A DNA stretch of 59,736 bases, filler included, from Platydemus manokwari (Eukaryota): assembly GCA_037951405.1 (NCBI GenBank). It is 6 parts of 6 records of this genome, joined end to end, with 100 filler letters (N's around TTAATTAATTAA, not from the genome) between each part and the next. Parts side by side here need not be neighbours in the genome. Positions count along the whole stretch, not along the records: positions 48,464 to 59,736 come from JBBMOY010802203.1; 5 more parts are not named here. One strand, given 5' to 3'. The notes beneath the pieces are model-generated. The model worked only from the letters and a program-made list of their open reading frames with translations, was not told the origin of the DNA and ran no database searches. Below, piece by piece: positions 53,698-59,736 of the stretch. Both the position numbers and the translations under genes were made by a program. Every line of letters begins with the position of its first letter. Within the stretch, counting starts at the first letter, position 1.

Positions 53698-53997
53698 TCC
53701 AGTGGTAAAGATAGATTGATAAACTTAGTTTGACCTAATTGTTGATAGTATTGATTTATTGATATTCAATATTAGAAATCATGGCTAAATTTAAAAATAA
53801 TGGTCCTAAAATGAAATTTTAAATTTGTTGAGTGTACAGCAAAATTCTATATAGTTTATTTAATTATATTCTTTAAAAACATTTTTAATTTTTTGTTTAA
53901 GTACTTAAGAAGAATTTTAGTTGTTTGAAATCAATAATTAAATACATTAGAGCTTCAAAATCACGTAAAATCTGATTATTTGACAAAATGAACTGTG
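53698..53997 (+). repeat. Interspersed repeat, copy 3 of 3; possible Transib-like MITE
   Basis: Core shared with the two other copies. Ends CCAGTGG...ACTGTG loosely resemble Transib CACAGTG/CACTGTG termini. Confidence 0.55.
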
Positions 53998-54595
53998 CAC
54001 GTTTTCAATAAGACATTTAAAAAACCTTGAAAAGCATTTATTAAAATTTTACAGATTTGTTGTCCTCAAAATCCATATTTTGTAAATAATGAATAAACTT
54101 TTTTTTTCTATTTTTTACTGTTACTAAAATCTATATCTTCTCGAATTGAACTTTTATCATTGAAATTTTAATATTCTATCATAATTTGAGCTTTCTAAAA
54201 TCCATTTTTAATACGTTGTAATATAATTAAATAAATTATTTTTGTCTTGCATATTCAACGATATCAGGCTTTCTTTATTACTCCATTTTTTGTAAACGTC
54301 AATCAATCATTCAGTTCAATTTTAAAGGATTTATCGATGAAAATGTCTTGATGTGATGATTTTGAGGTAACCAGCAGAAAAATAGTGAATTTGGAGTTAC
54401 CCCTTTGTTAACTGCTTTACATCATCTGTTACGTCAGCAGAACACGAATAGTCTATTAATCATAATTCTGGATTGAACAAACTACTGTAATGCATATTCT
54501 AATTTTCATTTGACCAATTCTTTATCAATTAACCAAATCATTTGACATTAACACTTGTGGATTATTTCGAATGAATTGTAAGCCGCTACTATTTT

Positions 54596-54948
54596 ATAAT
54601 ATTCTGCTATTGATCTTCTCAGAATTACATCCAAATGCATGGTCGCCATGTGATCTACTACTATTTTATAAACCGAACTGAAAAGTCACGACACCGAATT
54701 ATGTATTTTTCAATATTCTTTTTATCTCTCTTATTTCTTCTCTACATCATCCTTATATCTTCTTTATATCTTCTCAATATCCTTATTCTCTTTATAACTT
54801 CCCTACTTCCTCCTTATATTCTCAATGCCTTCCTCCTTTTCTTCCATAATATTCAGTTATTGATCTTCTCACAATCAAATCCAGATACGTGGTCGCCATG
54901 TGAGCTACTAATAGTTTATAAACCGAACTGAAAAGTCCGAACACCGAA
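54596..54948. repeat. Pair of 103-bp imperfect direct repeats (54596-54698, 54846-54948) around a pyrimidine-rich spacer
   Basis: Shared ATAATATTC..TATTGATCTTCTCA..TGGTCGCCATGTGA.CTACTA..TTTATAAACCGAACTGAAAAGTC...ACACCGAA; period exactly 250 nt. Confidence 0.9.
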
Positions 54949-55073
54949 GTAAAATCAATTAATAATTCTCCCAACAAAAATGAAACTAATTTTTTTCTAA
55001 ATAAACTGGCTGTAATTGTTATATTTTGACAACACATTTCTATCAACAATTAAACCATCCGACATTTATGAAT

Positions 55074-55096
55074 TATATATATATATATATATATAT
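55074..55096. repeat. (TA)n microsatellite
   Basis: Directly visible in the sequence. Confidence 0.9.
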
Positions 55097-56030
55097 GTTT
55101 ATAATCATCACTTAGATGCGTATTGTTCATGAAAATAATTTAATATATTCAGTATTTGTGCCTGATTATAATACACGGTAAGTAAAATCACCAAGCTAAT
55201 TTTGCTGTATAATTCAAAGTCTCTTGCTGTGTTAAGTTAGATAATAGTTATTGTCGGTAAATCCCGATCTAATCTATTTTTATCAAAATCATTTCTAAAG
55301 ATCTTTAGATGATAAAATCTCAAATGAACCAACCTCAACATTCAGTCAGTATTAGATTAGAATAAAGAGCTGATTAACTTAATTATTATCATCTAATTCA
55401 GGCATTGAACTCATATCAATTTTGTTTTTGTTTTACTGAACTGAATAAATCTGATAGCGCAATATCAGACAATTCAATATTAATATGTAATTCTCATCCC
55501 ATATATTATTGATCTCAAACATTATCGTGTGCTTAATGAAGGCTAAATGCATCGAGAAAACACGATGTCTTGGTCCTGGATGCTTGTAGTTATTGTACTT
55601 TTCTTTATCAATTAAAATATCCCTTATATTTACTATTTATGTTTTGGTTTAAATTTTTATCAAAATAAAGTATTTCGGTGTTTAAATTATCGGCTGACTT
55701 TTTTAGTTTTAACCTTTGTTGTATTGTATTTTTTATTATTATTTTATTGTGTTTTATTATTGTTTTCATTTGAAATATTTAGCGAAAACTGAACAATAAA
55801 CTCATCAAAATTATTATTATTATGAATCCATAATTAAAGTAATCTTTATGGTAATTAGTTTTCGACACAAAAGAATAGAAATGATTTCAATATTTTTTTC
55901 TAATATTAATCTTCTTTTAATTAACGCTGAACGGAAATTTTCTAGGACAGTTTCGAAAAACGGATTTAAAATCAATATTTATTTTGCATTGAAAACATGA
56001 AATTCATTTTCGGTTTATTATGACCTACGC

Positions 56031-56709
56031 TAGTGTTCTTCAAAAGGGGGGACGACCCACCAGTGTGTCACGAAATTTTTTGGGGGTCGCAAGAAATTTC
56101 AAAGTTATAGTAACGTAATCATTAGAAAATATTCTTCAAATATGAGAAGTCTAATTTTAAATAATTTTTAATTCAATTTTTCTTTTATTTTATTGATATT
56201 ATTAGACTGCAAAATGATAAATTTTATCTTAATGCTAAAAACAGTCTCAAAAAGAGTATGTTAAAATTATTTAAAAAAACTGAATCTTCTCTCACTCAAA
56301 CATTAAGAAGAGTTTTCAGAACTCCTCAGTAACTTGAGCTTAAAAGTAAATTTTTCCAAAAAAACTTAAGCTCCTTTTGAGCTAGTGTAAAAACAGAATA
56401 TCCACTATTATCGGAACTAGCCATGTTGTTTCTATTTCGTCTTGTCTCCACTCATTTGTGTGAAAAATCATTTTTGACACTGACTTATAATACGACAAAA
56501 TATCGATCGAATTTTTAAGATCTGGAATTAGTACTGAGAGCAGCTATAGACCAGAATATGCAAAAAATAGTGCCAGAATATGCAAAACCTTTGTTATTAG
56601 TAAATATATTTAAATTTTCTGGTTATTATTTTTAATTTAGTTCCTAGGAGTCGTGAAAAAATTTGGACTGGAAAAGTGGGTCGCAACATAAAAAGCGTGA
56701 AGACCACTA
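56031..56709 (+). mobile_element. hAT (Buster/Charlie) non-autonomous deletion derivative
   Basis: TIRs TAGTGTTCTTCA / TGAAGACCACTA; subterminal GGGTCGC motifs; degraded 8-bp TSD ACCTACGC vs ATCTTCAC. Dimerisation-domain remnant EYPLLSELAMLFLFRLVSTHLCEKSFLTLTYNTTKYRS (about 56396-56510). Confidence 0.85.
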
Positions 56710-59119
56710 ATCTTCACTATAGAATAAATCATTATTAAATATTATGGGAAAAATATTTTTATAAAATATCAAAGTAAGTTCGGAGCAATTATGGTAAGAA
56801 ATATCCAGAATAAATATCTCAGCATGAACTTATATCTATTACATTGATTAATTCGATCCTCCAATGAAAGGATTTGAAAGTTAAGTTTGGTTTTTAAACA
56901 AAAACACCATTCAAAGTTTATCAAAATGTTAAAAAACAAAGTAAAAATGAAGAATATAATCAACGAAATATTGCCTTTATAAGACTTATATCAGAGAATC
57001 AACAAAATTTTCTTAGATAAACCTAAAAAGAAAAACAATAGAGTCTGAAAGGAAGTTTGAAAAATTGATGAATTTGAAATTTATGAATGTTTTAGAAACA
57101 AAAGCGATATTAAAACTATTTTCTGCCCTGAAGAATAGAACGAATATACCAACAAGAAATGTCTTATCAGGTTCGAAAATAAAGAAACCATAAATCACAT
57201 TTTAATAAAACCAATTTCAATTGGATAGACTTGATTATAAAAATATCGATCAATCCATCGTGGAAAAATATATTTCTGACTTTTCCTTAAACTTGTGATT
57301 TTCTCAAGTTGTTTAGGAGGTTATTTACAAGGAAAAATACAAATTTTATTCTTTATCTTTATAATAATTCCTCCGTTCTATCAAGCAAGAAGTAAACACC
57401 GATCATCCAAAATTTTGAAACCTTGAAATCCAAATCTATAAAATAAGGAACAAAATATGTCTTTTGCAGATCTATTATAGATCTATATTAGATATGAAAA
57501 CAATCTACAAATCTCTTATAACAATATGAAATCAATTAACTATCAAAACCTGGATAGATACTCATTTCTGGCACACTTGTTCTTGAGTAAAAAATTGATT
57601 TAATCCTTATTGCATTGTGTTGGTTTTTGTTCGGGTATTAGCTAACAATAAAACCTGAAAATTATAATTTAAATTACAATACCACAAGCTCGATTTATGA
57701 ACAGATACAGTTGAAATCTTTTGTGGGATCATGTCACAAGTCAATAACAAATTATCATACAAGACGGGATCAGCACCCGAAAGTCAAACAGAGAATAGAA
57801 AACAATCAAAAAGACTGGCTGCTGAAAATCATGTAAAAGTTAAGAATAGAGAACACGTTACCGACCAAACAAGACTGGCAGTTACTCATGGAATCCAACT
57901 TCTTTTATAGACCTATTGCTTTATGTCACGGATCTTTGGTTTTCATGTGCTGAATTTGTTCGTACATAGATTTTCCTTGTATATCTTGTGCCATTTGCAG
58001 ATATCGGAGTTTGCTGCCAAGTTTTGGTATGCGTCAGTCGATTTTTAATTTCTAAATATGGATTAATATTAGAAAGAATCTAATTGGCTGTTGACAAGTG
58101 CGTTCGTCGGATATGTGTGTGTCAACACTTTTAAGGGTTATTTCCCTGGTTTCTGTAAACATTTTGACTGATTTTGTGACTTACCCAACAGTTTACAATA
58201 CGCATTTCTTAACTATATCCTGGATAAGATTATTGATCCAATTGATATCGACAAAGACCTATTCAGTCTTTAAAGATATTCGCTATTCACCTTATTTACA
58301 AAAGACATACATCCGTCATTCAGAAAAAAGGAAAAGACGATGTTAAAAAAGATTTTTAAATATTTAAAAAGTTAGAAAAATTTTTAAAAAAAGAAAAAAG
58401 AATCTCTTTATTTTAAAATCAATTATCATAAGTTTGAGATCAGGTCTTCAAAGTTATGGAGACGTTTATAAAAGTCGAAGAAATCGTCACCAGGGAAAAA
58501 TTATCAGACCAATGGACAAAGCTTGCATTGGTGAAAAAAATACGTTGATCTGTCGCAGAGTTCATGAAGACAATTTTGTTACAAAAAATCTTTAACAATC
58601 GACTGTCAAAAGTGAAATACCTCATTTGTAATTATATACATCTATGTATGTAAAAAGAAAAACAGAAAAAAACATTGCCTTATTTATCAAAACAGTCATC
58701 ATTTTCACACGATATCTCCTGTATGCTTCGTGGTTATATATTCGTCTTTTGTTCAACCATCTTCAAAATACCGTGATTGTTTTGGTCTACTAAAATTATA
58801 CACGGTAATCTTTTTTGTTGGTTTGAAATTGTTTTCTGTGGTAAATAAAAATTTGATATTACTTCGATAAATTTCATTTATATTTTTCCCATTTTATTTC
58901 GCATATTTATCAGCTATGTGTTGATTGAGATGTCGCTGAAAATATCCATTAGTGGGTTTAATTGTTCCATTTCGCTTTCGTGCGGTGGTCATTATAGGAT
59001 TTTTATGAGTATTTTTATTGTTTATTTATTTTATTGTTTTTCGATTTGCGTACTTTAAATTGAAGAGGAAATCGATATATTTTACCAGCACTTTATTGAA
59101 TATATATATATATATATAT

Positions 59120-59660
59120 CAATGGTTTTCGACCTTTTTGCTGGAGAGATACGCCACGGAAACATTCCTCTTACTCGAGAAACCACTGTGCAATGTTTTA
59201 TGCAAAAAACAGTATTTATTTTTTAAAATGAAATAAAAGTATTTATGTTCAGAGCATTGTACATGTTTGTTGATGAAATGAAAACAAAATTCAACATGTT
59301 TGAATAAACTAAATTTATTCTTACCAAAATTTTAGTGGAAACTTTGAGTCTGGCGTTTCCTGCACAATTATTTAAAATTCGGTCGTGTTTCTCCTGGACA
59401 CACACAACGTTAATCTTCCACAGACACCAATTGTGCTTGTTTCTTTTGTTTGATGGTTGTCAAAGCTGAAAATCCAAATTCGCACAAATATGAGATTGAA
59501 AATTGCACAAGAAGTCGTAGCGCTTTCTGTGCAATTTCAAGATATTCTTTTTCAAGCAGCAACCAAAATATATAAAAGCAAACCTAATAGTGATAGGAAA
59601 AAGTGATCTGTCAAATCTAGGGAGTTTATTTATGTTAAATTTAGTATATTTAAAACACAA
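59120..59660 (-). mobile_element. 3' end of a second hAT-Buster (ZBED5/FAM200-like) transposon
   Basis: Minus-strand FWLLLEKEYLEIAQKALRLLVQFSISYLCEFGFSALTTIKQKK...VED*...LCRKRQTQSFH* (stop at 59332-59334). TIR-like CAATGGTTTTCGACCTTTTT at 59120. Confidence 0.85.
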
Positions 59661-59665
59661 ATAAT

Positions 59666-59703
<38 letters not shown>

Positions 59704-59736
59704 TAATAATAATAACAATAATAATAATAATAATAA
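59661..59736. repeat. (AAT)n microsatellite
   Basis: Directly visible; runs to the window end. Confidence 0.95.

Overview
AT-rich eukaryotic (metazoan) genomic DNA. The very short introns, composition and transposon content suggest a flatworm such as a planarian, but this is inference only. The window is not one locus: six contigs of about 9-11 kb are joined by artificial 100-nt spacers (44 N + TTAATTAATTAA + 44 N). Host genes: a complete 8-exon mannose-6-phosphate isomerase (minus strand, 427 aa, start codon apparently split by intron 1); a DEG/ENaC channel subunit (minus strand, first exon not located) with unusual pore residues; and a large Ser/Lys-rich terminal exon of an unknown protein. 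The rest is decayed mobile DNA: Chapaev3, a Tc2-like MITE, pogo/Tigger, a mariner end, two hAT-Buster elements, Ty3/gypsy and LTR remnants, and microsatellites. The most notable accessory segment, largely missed by the ORF track, is the degraded end of a Polinton/Maverick (9305-11997). It carries a zinc-finger/PLA2/integrase region, a divergent RING plus tryptophan-repeat gene, and a terminal hairpin with GGGTTAGGG in its loop. All family assignments come from manual translation and motif recall, with no database searches.
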